This document shows, in pieces, positions 57,001-64,000 of a DNA stretch of 64,000 bases. The position numbers and the translations under genes were made by a program. The stretch's first letter is position 1; every line of letters begins with the position of its first letter. This DNA is from an uncultured bacterium. Its GTDB lineage: Bacteria > Oederibacteriota > Muellerivitia > Muellerivitales > Muellerivitaceae. The stretch lies in contig CAZGWJ010000002.1 of the NCBI GenBank assembly GCA_964529445.1, positions 5,182 to 69,181 of the forward strand. Reading direction: 5' to 3'. The notes below the pieces were generated by a model that saw only the letters and a program-made list of their open reading frames with translations, made no database searches and was not told where the DNA came from.

Positions 57001-58531
57001 CATCACCTACGATGATTCCCAGTCCGTGACGATCAAGGCGAACTATGCGCTCACGACAAGAGGCCTGGGCGGGATCTTCATGTGGGACATCACGGCGGAC
57101 ACCGTGGGGGCCAGTCAGCCGCTCCTGGACGCCATGCACACCGGATACCTAGCGGCCTGCGGGTTGACCGGCTCTCCCACCCCCTCGGCGAGCTTCACTC
57201 CCACGCCGACGAGCACGAGTACGGTCACGACGACCGTCACCCGGACCCCGACTCCCACCGTCACGAACACCCCGACGAGAACGGCGACCGTATCACTGAC
57301 CCGGACCTCCACTCCCACGATGACGATGACATCCACGCCTACCTTCAGCTTGACGCTGACGTCCACCCCGACCCGCACCGGGACCTTCACTTCGACCTGG
57401 ACGGGCGTCCTGCCGACGTCGACCCCGACGTCGACGCATACAGCCACCCGAACACCGACGATCACTTGGACTTCCCCGTTCACGAACACGTCCACGAGTA
57501 CCGCGACGCGGACCTTCACGGCGACCTTGACAGCGACCCGAACTTGGACGGGTACTCCCTCCTTCACCCCGACGACGACCTCCACCCGGACGGGAACGGA
57601 TACTTACACGCCCACGCGCACGCACACAGCGACTTATACCCTGACCGCTACCTACACGGCGACGCCGACCTATTCCCCGACTTCGACGCTCCCGCCGGGA
57701 ACCGACACGCCCACCCCGGCACCGACGGATTCGATGACGCCTACGGCGTCCCTCACCGCTACCCAGTCAGCGACACTGTCGCTGACGAGGTCTCCGACGC
57801 CTTCGGCTTCGCCGACACCCACTTCCACGTCCACCGCGAGTTTCACGGCGACGGGGTCGCCCATTCCATCCTGGACGCCGTCCTTCACTCCGAGTTGGAC
57901 GCCTTCGGCGACTCCCACAGCGACACGGACGGCATCCAGGACGGCGACCGAAACCCGAACAGCGTCGCCAACCTCCACTTATTCGGTGACTTCGTCCCCG
58001 AGTGCGACACGAACCTCGTCGCCGTCTTTGACGCCCACGGACAGCCCCACGCCCACTCCAACGCGAACATTCACGCCCAGTTGGACGTTCACGCCGACGT
58101 ACACCCAAACGGCGGTATTCACGAACACGCCATCCTTCACCGGGACTCCGACCTTCAGCCCCACGCCGACCGAAACACCGGAATTCACCTCCACTCCGAC
58201 GTTGTCTTGGTCATCGACTCCTAACTTCTCATTCCTAACTCCTCACTCGACGGAAGTCGTGCCTTACCCCAACCCCTGTACGGGAGCCTGCGACGAGGTG
58301 ACGGTGAACGTGGAGGTGAGGGAATCGGGCGAGACCGTTCGCATCCGGCTCTTCACAACGGCCTACCGGAAGATCGCCGAGACCGCGTGGAACACCCTTC
58401 CGACGGGCGTCTCGCCGGTGAAGGTTTCCTTGCGGGATTCGAGGGGTCGGAGATTGGCGAACGGCCTGTACCATATCCGGGTGGTTTCGGGCGCGGGAGA
58501 GGCCGGCGGAAAACTGCTGATTCTAAGGTGA
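54053..58531 (+). CDS. giant secreted multidomain protein: concanavalin-like putative polysaccharide-lyase domain, CBM-like domain, Thr/Pro-rich linker, GH18 chitinase domain, second long Thr/Pro-rich region and T9SS C-terminal sorting domain
   Basis: Signal peptide. GGKLPGF..WSARIMWRGNG motif block. GH18 catalytic DGVDLDWEFP. About 230-aa and about 340-aa T/P/S-rich low-complexity regions encoded by tandem DNA repeats. CTD begins PYPNPCTG and ends LLILR. Confidence 0.75.
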   Translation: MRTKTRILANGIILVLFLGTASPVKAATYFGDVGFIETALASRSDILFFSGYETNPWNSVWGLDWGPSPAVNHTIITGAEAFSGNTARVFYPANTFGTSTNGTQYFQDWANFPIAPRESAYVRYYVKFQPGFQFAKGGKLPGFCGAGCNTGCSGIPTGFDGWSARIMWRGNGQIVQYVYHMDQANECGTDFPWTLSGCPVYFKPGEWHCVETYVQMNTVGQANGILRSWLNGQLALEVTNMRWRATTAIQVDHFYFSTFFGGSDATWNSPQDQYAYFDNFVIAENYIAPIPGPAGTPTPTATPSPPPGYTMVTRIFDSDNTGWATSNWSSGTYNFNDPAQNHTTGGAESLRIQYADGGWGAAQFTSPVTLTPSGFENLYLWVYPLGCDAVFRVRVRLGSTDVAETVINGGYVGGWRVNQWNLVIVPKTLLNLTSQSFDRVLLVSNSTVACSAFHVDDFVLGNASTVPTSTPTRTPTAFVPTATWTRTNTWTPSMTFTHSVTPTATRTSTASSTATRTATQTVTSTATRTGTATSTVTRSATPTATNTPTRTATNTPTLSATLSPTGTPTATWTRTNTPTFTSTPTATRTVTRSATPSLTVTNSATSTATRTGTATSTVTRSATPTATNTPTRTATNTPTLSATPSPTATPTDSPTMTRTRTFTLTFSPTWTQTPTATPSRSPTRTASPTATGAACAKRMLAYYPYWDSTYRAANIPMTRFSHICHAFVQPQADGSLVAPGGYLEPQLITLAHAAGVKVLVSVGGADSVADANFRTIAASAALRTAFANSLESFCRTNGYDGVDLDWEFPSDASDRANLNLMVQAIRARFDGAAAPAPDWLITMAVSGSNWWAQWLDYATLTPLMDFYNLMTYDMTGSWLDHAAHNAPMVQGGNPYADLDVAEAVDYTLITRGIPAAKVNLGIPFYGYRFPSTENLYDPCGGPCSTAVQMNYDAIAPLIGAGWTRSWDAQCQVPYLRNDAGAGFITYDDSQSVTIKANYALTTRGLGGIFMWDITADTVGASQPLLDAMHTGYLAACGLTGSPTPSASFTPTPTSTSTVTTTVTRTPTPTVTNTPTRTATVSLTRTSTPTMTMTSTPTFSLTLTSTPTRTGTFTSTWTGVLPTSTPTSTHTATRTPTITWTSPFTNTSTSTATRTFTATLTATRTWTGTPSFTPTTTSTRTGTDTYTPTRTHTATYTLTATYTATPTYSPTSTLPPGTDTPTPAPTDSMTPTASLTATQSATLSLTRSPTPSASPTPTSTSTASFTATGSPIPSWTPSFTPSWTPSATPTATRTASRTATETRTASPTSTYSVTSSPSATRTSSPSLTPTDSPTPTPTRTFTPSWTFTPTYTQTAVFTNTPSFTGTPTFSPTPTETPEFTSTPTLSWSSTPNFSFLTPHSTEVVPYPNPCTGACDEVTVNVEVRESGETVRIRLFTTAYRKIAETAWNTLPTGVSPVKVSLRDSRGRRLANGLYHIRVVSGAGEAGGKLLILR

Positions 58532-58599
58532 GTAACCGGGTCGACTCGAACAAGGAATATCTGTCTTTCCGCGATTCAGACGGTAAAATAAGCGTTCCT

Positions 58600-59652
58600 A
58601 TGAAAAAGCGCGCAACCATCGTGGACATCGCCCGTGCCGTCGGGGTCACCGACGGAACGGTGAGCCGTGCCCTCGCCAACGATCCCCGCGTGAGGGCCGA
58701 GACGCGCGAAAGGATCCTCGCCGCCGCGAAGGAACTGAACTACCGTCCCCACCTCTCGGCCCGGCTCTTCAAGCAGGGGATCACCAAGAACATCGGGGTC
58801 TACAGCGAGCAGGGGGCCTGGATCTTCTTCCACTCCTATTTCGGCCGCCTGGTCTCGGGGCTGGCCGAGGCCGCGCAGGCGGAGAGCGAACACCTCGTGT
58901 TCTACCTCCCCCCCAAGGAGGCCCAGCCCATCCGCTCGACCCTCGTGAAACTCGAGGGGCTTGACGCCCTGCTCGACGGGCGAGTGGACGGGGCGGTGGT
59001 CCTGGGGGGCGACCTCATCGCGCCCGGGGACCGGGCCATGCTGAAGGATTCCAACCTGCCCGTGGTCTTCCTATCCAACAACATCGACATCCCCGGCTTC
59101 TTCCAGATCCAATCCGGGGCGCGGGAGCGAACGCGAGCGGCCTTCGACCACCTGGTCGCCCTCGGCCACCGCCGCATCGGCCTCTCCGGCTACTACCAGG
59201 ACGCGCACTACATGCAGGCCTCGCTCAAGGGCTTCCGGGAATCGCTCGAGTCCCACGGCCTCCCCTGGGAACCGCGTTTCGTGGCCACCCCCACGCAGGC
59301 CGCCTTCTTCGATCCCGAGGACATGAGGGCCCGCCTTTCCCGCCTTCGGGAAGCGGGCGTCACGGCCATCATCTCGACGGAGAACGTGGAGGCACTGACC
59401 TTCGTCCAGCAGATGACGCTGGAAGGCGTCCGGATCCCGCAGGACATGAGCGTGGTGAGTTTCGGGCCCCTCTGGCGCGGTTTCTTCCAGGGACGCCCGC
59501 CGTTGTCCACCTTCGACGCGGCCCTGGACCTCTACGGCCGGAAATGCTTCGAGATGTTCAAGGAGGCGCGGGAGGGGAAACCCGTCCGCCAGGAGACCAT
59601 GGAATGGCGGCTGTCCCCCGGCGGCGAGACGCTGGGTCCGCCCCGGGGATGA
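58600..59652 (+). CDS. LacI-family transcriptional regulator
   Basis: Start MKKRATIVDIARAVGVTDGTVSRAL (LacI HTH) plus periplasmic-binding-fold domain. The ORF track extends 5' to 58387. Confidence 0.85.
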   Translation: MKKRATIVDIARAVGVTDGTVSRALANDPRVRAETRERILAAAKELNYRPHLSARLFKQGITKNIGVYSEQGAWIFFHSYFGRLVSGLAEAAQAESEHLVFYLPPKEAQPIRSTLVKLEGLDALLDGRVDGAVVLGGDLIAPGDRAMLKDSNLPVVFLSNNIDIPGFFQIQSGARERTRAAFDHLVALGHRRIGLSGYYQDAHYMQASLKGFRESLESHGLPWEPRFVATPTQAAFFDPEDMRARLSRLREAGVTAIISTENVEALTFVQQMTLEGVRIPQDMSVVSFGPLWRGFFQGRPPLSTFDAALDLYGRKCFEMFKEAREGKPVRQETMEWRLSPGGETLGPPRG

Positions 59653-59687
59653 TGGGAACCTTACAGGTTCGCCCGCGTCCAACAGAC

Positions 59688-60182
59688 ATGAACCCAACGG
59701 TCCCTCGATCCGCCACCGGCTTGTTCCTGGCCCTCCTTTTCCTTTCGTCCCTTTCAGCCTGCAAGAAAGCCGACAGTCCCACCCTGCCGGATCCCGGATC
59801 CCCCGTCCCCTCGTCGGGTTGCCCGGTCGCGGCCATTCCCGTGGCCGTCAACGCGGCCGGGGTGACCTTCGACCGGAGCACCACGGGAGCCGGGAACCAT
59901 TTCGAGGGGGCTTCCTGCCAGTCGGGCACGGGGGCGCCGGACGAGGTCTACGTCTTCACGCTGGCGTCCCAGGCCCGGGTCCAGGTGATGCGGGCGGCCG
60001 CCTGGGACCTGCGAGTGTCCCTCAGGTTTTCCTCCTGCACGGGCGCCGAAACGGTCTGTTTCTCGGGGACGGGATCCTCGGAAAGGGAACTGGCGTCGGG
60101 CACCTACTACCTGATCGTGGACGGGGATCTTTCCACGGATTCAGGGGAGTACCAGCTGGGGATCACCGATGTGACGCCTTGA
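59688..60182 (+). CDS. lipoprotein with pre-peptidase C-terminal (PPC)-like beta-sandwich domain
   Basis: Start MNPTVPRS. Lipobox LSAC. PPC-like pattern (DEVYVFTLASQARVQV...GTYYLIVDG). Confidence 0.45.
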   Translation: MNPTVPRSATGLFLALLFLSSLSACKKADSPTLPDPGSPVPSSGCPVAAIPVAVNAAGVTFDRSTTGAGNHFEGASCQSGTGAPDEVYVFTLASQARVQVMRAAAWDLRVSLRFSSCTGAETVCFSGTGSSERELASGTYYLIVDGDLSTDSGEYQLGITDVTP

Positions 60183-60229
60183 GACCCGTTTCCTGAGACT
60201 GTCGGAAAACCCAACCGTCACCCCAAAAG

Positions 60230-60370
60230 ATACGCCCCCTCTCCCTTTGTCCCTCCCCCGCAAGCGGGGGAGGGAGGATTTCCTTTGTTTCCCTCGCCCG
60301 TTTACGGGAGAGGCGCGTCCTGTAGCGTGCGCAAGGCGCTCGGCTACAGGGGCAGGGAGAGGGGTCTGTT
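60230..60370. repeat. REP-like hairpin cluster (CCCTCTCCC.., CCCTCCCCCGCAAGCGGGGGAGGG, CCTGTAGC..GCTACAGG)
   Basis: Same repeat family as at 28485, 45770, 46650 and 50760. Confidence 0.55.
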
Positions 60371-60415
60371 GTAGTTCGTCGTAAGTATCCGGAGGATTTT
60401 TCCGACAGTCTCTTC

Positions 60416-61777
60416 CTATTGATAGAACCGCACCGATAGCCACTTCGTCTCGCCCGCCTTCACCGTCACCGGCAGGACCTTCTCCTCCACCACGAATCCT
60501 CGCTCGCTCAGGGAGCGCACCACCAGGGTCTGGGGCCTTCCTTCGGGTACCGTGAGTTTCACCAGGCCGATGCGCCTGGGCAGGAGGAACCAGGACCGGG
60601 TATCGGCCTGCTCGGTGGTGATGTTCAGGAGGTTCACCGCCCACCCCACGAGGTCGCCGCCCTGTTTACGAGCCTGGTGGCGGGTCAGTTCCTTCGCAAC
60701 GGCCCGTGCCACAGTCTTGAGGAGCATCCCGGGGATCCCGCGACCGAACTCGTCGTGCGCGACCGGCGCGAGGTCCAGGAGTGTCTGGGTGGAGCGCAGG
60801 GTACCGTCCGCCGGACCCGCCTCGCAGGAGCCGCTCCGGAGGGGGAAGTCCTCCATCACAGGGAAGGCGAACTGCAGGACCTGCTTCAGCGTGACCTCGG
60901 TGTGGCGGTAGCTGAAGAGAGTACCGCTGAAGGTGTCCACGTAGCGCCGGGCGAGGGAATCGGACGACTCGCCATGCTTCACCTCCAGGAGCGGGAGCGT
61001 GATGGTGACCTCGCTCTTGTAGGGCACGAAACCCGTTTCGACGAAGAGGATAACGTTCCGCTTGGCCTCGGCGTCCGCGCGGGCGGGGAGCGCGGCGTCC
61101 TTCGCGGCCAGGTCCTTCACCTCGCCGGTCGCGCCCGCGCGTTTCGCGGCGAGGTAGTAGTCAGCCGCCAGGGTGGCCGGAGGGCCTTCCTTCATACGCG
61201 AATACCGGCGGTACGAGTTCCGGAACGAGATGAGGGCGTTGTCCCATTGTCCGGCCGAGGCGTAGAGGAGACCGGTCAGGTAGGTCAGGAAGGCCGCAGG
61301 CGGCCCGTTGCGCCCGTCGGATTTTTCCGTGTAGCGCGAGATGGAAAAATCCGATTTCCGAGCCTCGACCAGGGCCTCGTCGGGGAGCCCCAGGTTCCTG
61401 TAGTTGAGGGCGCGATAGTAGGGGATGAGCGACATCTCGAAGAGAGGGCTCGAGTAGGGAAGGACCTTGTCGGAGGTGATGAGGGAGAGGGCGGCCTTGG
61501 AGAGCGACTTCGTGTACAGCTCGTCGGCCTTGCGCTCAGCGCGCTCGAAAAGGACGTTGCTTTCCTTGAAGCGGCCGTCCAGGTGGAGAAGATGGGCTTT
61601 CTCCAGGAGCCAAAGGAGGTCGCCGTCCTTGGCTTTCTTCGCCTCGAAATTCTGCACGGCGCGGGGAACATCCCCCGCATAGAGGGGATAGCGCACTGAA
61701 CCCATGCTTTGCATGTGCGTGGCGCAGCCGGACAGGAGGAGCCCGGAGGTCAGGAATAAAAGGAGCAGGAATCTCAC
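60416..61777 (-). CDS. hypothetical lipoprotein (COG3014-like), partner of LpoB-like gene
   Basis: Signal peptide with lipobox LLLSGC. 453 aa with a TPR-like N-terminus. Co-oriented and adjacent to the lpoB-like gene. Confidence 0.45.
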   Translation of the reverse strand: MRFLLLLFLTSGLLLSGCATHMQSMGSVRYPLYAGDVPRAVQNFEAKKAKDGDLLWLLEKAHLLHLDGRFKESNVLFERAERKADELYTKSLSKAALSLITSDKVLPYSSPLFEMSLIPYYRALNYRNLGLPDEALVEARKSDFSISRYTEKSDGRNGPPAAFLTYLTGLLYASAGQWDNALISFRNSYRRYSRMKEGPPATLAADYYLAAKRAGATGEVKDLAAKDAALPARADAEAKRNVILFVETGFVPYKSEVTITLPLLEVKHGESSDSLARRYVDTFSGTLFSYRHTEVTLKQVLQFAFPVMEDFPLRSGSCEAGPADGTLRSTQTLLDLAPVAHDEFGRGIPGMLLKTVARAVAKELTRHQARKQGGDLVGWAVNLLNITTEQADTRSWFLLPRRIGLVKLTVPEGRPQTLVVRSLSERGFVVEEKVLPVTVKAGETKWLSVRFYQ

Positions 61778-61843
61778 GTTAGGTCGCTCGAAAGGGAATG
61801 GCGGGGCGGGAGGTTCCCGCCCCGCCCCTGGAGAAAGATCGCC

Positions 61844-62464
61844 TCAGGGTTTGAATTTGCCCTTTTGCACCATCTTCTTGATCTTGTGCTCGCCGATCCA
61901 GGCCTTCTCGTTGGTCTCGATGTTCACCAGCGTGAGGTCCACCTGGTAGTACTTCAGGTCCTTGCCCTTCTCCTGGTCGTTCAACTGGGTGATCTCGCCC
62001 AGGAGCATGAAATCGGCGCCCTTTTCCCGTCCCATGCGTTTCAAGGTCTCGGGGGAGGCGTTGACCTGCTGTTCGGCCCTCTCGTTGCGGACCTCGCCGC
62101 GCTCCTCGACCGAGGCCACCACGCCCACTTGGCCCGACTTCACGAAGGCCTTTTCGATCTCGCGCAGGAAGGCCGAGGTGGGAATGTGTTCCAGGGACTT
62201 GTTGCGGATGGAGCCCGCGATAACCACCGGGCGGCGGCTCTTGTTCGCCGATTCAAAACGGGCCAGCCACGGATCGCCCAGGCAGTCAGCGATCATGACC
62301 TTGGCGGTCTGCTGGGAATCCGTGTCGTTCCACATCCCGGAAAGGTCCACCTGGGTGGAAGGATCGATGCGGGTTACCTGCCGCTTGGCGCAACCGACGG
62401 TGCCGAGGAGCGTCAAAACGAGCGCCAGACTCGCCAGGGATGTCCAAAGGTTCTTTCGATGCAT
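61844..62464 (-). CDS. LpoB-like (COG3417) outer-membrane lipoprotein, putative penicillin-binding-protein activator
   Basis: Start MHRKNLW. Lipobox LGTVGC. Pattern VDLSGMWNDTDSQQTAKVMIADCL..PVVIAGSIRNKSLEHI..GADFMLLGEITQ resembles the LpoB family. Confidence 0.5.
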   Translation of the reverse strand: MHRKNLWTSLASLALVLTLLGTVGCAKRQVTRIDPSTQVDLSGMWNDTDSQQTAKVMIADCLGDPWLARFESANKSRRPVVIAGSIRNKSLEHIPTSAFLREIEKAFVKSGQVGVVASVEERGEVRNERAEQQVNASPETLKRMGREKGADFMLLGEITQLNDQEKGKDLKYYQVDLTLVNIETNEKAWIGEHKIKKMVQKGKFKP

Positions 62465-62617
62465 GGAAGACTCCTTGCTTGGAAAAAGGATCGACAGCGA
62501 GGGCCCATTGTATCCCCCGTCCATGAGACAAAGGAAGGCTGGCCGGGGTTCCCTTAAAAAACCGAGGACCCGGAAAATGGCCGTTTTTGGGCCGCTTCAG
62601 GGGTATATAATCCGTCC

Positions 62618-63643
62618 ATGACGCTCTATTCCTATTCCCGGATCAACTGCTTCCTGAACTGTCCCGCCCAGTTCCAACACCGCTACATCCTGAGGACCCC
62701 CTCGCCCGTGCCGGAAGGGATCGAACTCTTCATGGGTTCCCGGTTCCATGAGGCCATGGAGTTCCTCTACGACACGACCCGGCCCCCGGGACTTCCTCCC
62801 ACCCTGAAGGAGACCCTTGAGGAGTTCAACCGGGCATGGGAGAAGGCGCTGGAAGCGAACGTGGCCAAACAGAAGGCGCGGGGTTTCGAGACGCCGGTAC
62901 GCATCACCCGGGAGGGGCTTGCCATCGACGATTACCGGAGGAAGGCCGAGGGTTTCGTCGAGAACTACTATCGGAAATACCATCCCTTCAACTGGGACCG
63001 CACCGAGGGCATCGAGATGAAGGTGGTCTTCAAGCTCGACAAGGCCGGGAAATACATGATGAACGGGTACATTGACCGCCTGGCCGTGGATCCGGAAGGC
63101 ACCCTCTGGGTGCACGACTACAAGACCGGTGCCCGCAAGATGACCCAGGAGGAGGCGGACGAGGAGGACCAGCTGGCCCTCTACATGCTGGGATTGCGCC
63201 AGATCGAGAAATACCGGGAGATGCCCATCCGCCTGCAGTGGCACTTCGTGGCTTTCGAGGAGGACGAGGTGGTGTCGGAGAGGAAACCCGAGGACCTGAA
63301 GGTCCTGCGCAACCGTTACGTGCACCACATCCAGCAGATCGAGTCGGCCCGCCAGTTCAACACGCACACGAGCGCCCTTTGCGGATGGTGCGAGTTCCTC
63401 ACCCTCTGCAAGGACGGTCAGGAGGCCGTGGCCGCCCGAGCGAAACGCGCCGAAGAGAGAGCCGCCCTGGCCGCGCCCTTGGAGGAGATTCCACCTGCCA
63501 GCACACCGGGGGTTTCCTCGGCGGGGAATCCCGAGGCGCCGAAGCGGGTGGAGGAAGTTCCCAGGGTCTCGGGTCCGCCGGAAGAGCCGTCAACCCCTCC
63601 AAGCGGGGGCAAGCCGGGGAGTCAATTGTCGCTGTTCGATTGA
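62618..63643 (+). CDS. PD-(D/E)XK nuclease superfamily protein (RecB/Cas4-like) with C-terminal Cys cluster and disordered tail
   Basis: N-terminal Cys (INCFLNCP), nuclease core (HDYKTG), C-terminal CGWCEFLTLC, consistent with an Fe-S Cas4/AddB-type nuclease domain. Pro/Glu-rich tail. Confidence 0.6.
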   Translation: MTLYSYSRINCFLNCPAQFQHRYILRTPSPVPEGIELFMGSRFHEAMEFLYDTTRPPGLPPTLKETLEEFNRAWEKALEANVAKQKARGFETPVRITREGLAIDDYRRKAEGFVENYYRKYHPFNWDRTEGIEMKVVFKLDKAGKYMMNGYIDRLAVDPEGTLWVHDYKTGARKMTQEEADEEDQLALYMLGLRQIEKYREMPIRLQWHFVAFEEDEVVSERKPEDLKVLRNRYVHHIQQIESARQFNTHTSALCGWCEFLTLCKDGQEAVAARAKRAEERAALAAPLEEIPPASTPGVSSAGNPEAPKRVEEVPRVSGPPEEPSTPPSGGKPGSQLSLFD

Positions 63644-63660
63644 CGGCCTCGAGGATCCGA

Positions 63661-63700
63661 CCGGAAAAAGGCCCACCCCGGCAGGGGGAGGGCCTTTTTC
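63661..63700. terminator. bidirectional rho-independent terminator
   Basis: AAAAAGGCCCACCCCGGCAGGGGGAGGGCCTTTTTC. Confidence 0.7.
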
Positions 63701-63718
63701 ATTTAATGGAAGGGGAGA

Positions 63719-64000
63719 TCAGAAACCGCAGATGACGCTGACGCCCCGCGAGCGCAGGGCGGGCACCTGGATCGTCGTGACGGCCGAGGAGAGCGGGTTC
63801 ACGTTCACGTTGACCGTGACGCCCGCGGCCACAGCGGCGTTGTCCACGAGCGGCTGGATGTCGGTGATGAAGTTGTCCCCGAAATGGAGGAAGTCCGGGT
63901 CCTGGAGGGCGGCGGCGGGTCCGATCGTGGTGATGGCGTTGGTCTGCAGATAGACCTCGCGGATGCTGACCGGCAGGTTCGGGCAGTAGGTCATCTGGTT
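63719..64000 (-). CDS. hypothetical protein, C-terminal fragment (gene continues beyond window)
   Basis: Open minus-strand frame running to the window edge. Confidence 0.3.
   Translation of the reverse strand, partial: NQMTYCPNLPVSIREVYLQTNAITTIGPAAALQDPDFLHFGDNFITDIQPLVDNAAVAAGVTVNVNVNPLSSAVTTIQVPALRSRGVSVICGF

Noticed and set aside
1-64000. Searched for rRNA, tRNA, tmRNA, RNase P RNA and CRISPR arrays.
   Set aside because: No cloverleaf-like or direct-repeat and spacer architecture was seen by eye. The only short direct repeats are the REP-like hairpins and Thr/Pro codon repeats. Cannot exclude a tRNA without a covariance search.

Overview
High-GC (~67%) bacterial chromosome segment spanning the replication origin. 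The left arm carries the conserved rpmH-rnpA-yidD-yidC-jag-mnmE operon on the minus strand. The right arm carries dnaA-dnaN on the plus strand, with DnaA-box clusters and an AT-rich unwinding element between the arms. Unusually, a ~6.5 kb cobalamin-uptake module is wedged between rpmH and dnaA. It comprises a btuCD-like ABC ATPase and permease with no binding protein, a low-GC HTH gene, and a cobalamin riboswitch with its own intrinsic terminator. Behind the riboswitch are a TonB-dependent receptor and a beta-propeller lipoprotein that looks BtuG-like by context. Downstream of dnaN lies a fused MrfA-type helicase/DUF1998/DnaQ-like exonuclease gene. Further along are a GAF/HD-GYP protein, glycoside hydrolases (one with a T9SS C-terminal sorting domain) and housekeeping genes (hldD-like, purC, trmL, uppP). 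There are also two stand-alone CheR_N-domain paralogs, glycosyltransferases, and an aldo/keto reductase whose 5' end is tandemly duplicated. A lexA-radC divergon shares a perfect 14-bp palindrome. A repeat-rich accessory stretch (45.7-50.7 kb) holds an ORF6N/KilA-N gene studded with 19-bp palindromes, two toxin-antitoxin pairs and a REP-like hairpin family (CCCTCTCCC..GGGAGAGGG). The window ends with a short sigma-70/HspR-like/HtrA cluster, a 1492-aa multidomain GH18 surface protein with T9SS CTD, LacI, lipoproteins including an LpoB-like one, and a Cys-containing PD-(D/E)XK nuclease. Two T9SS CTDs, a BtuG-like arrangement and a 285-aa primary-type sigma suggest an FCB-superphylum organism. 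No rRNA, tRNA or CRISPR was detected by eye. Coordinates follow the supplied ORF track, with starts moved to internal Met/Val where signal peptides, RBSs or homology indicate.
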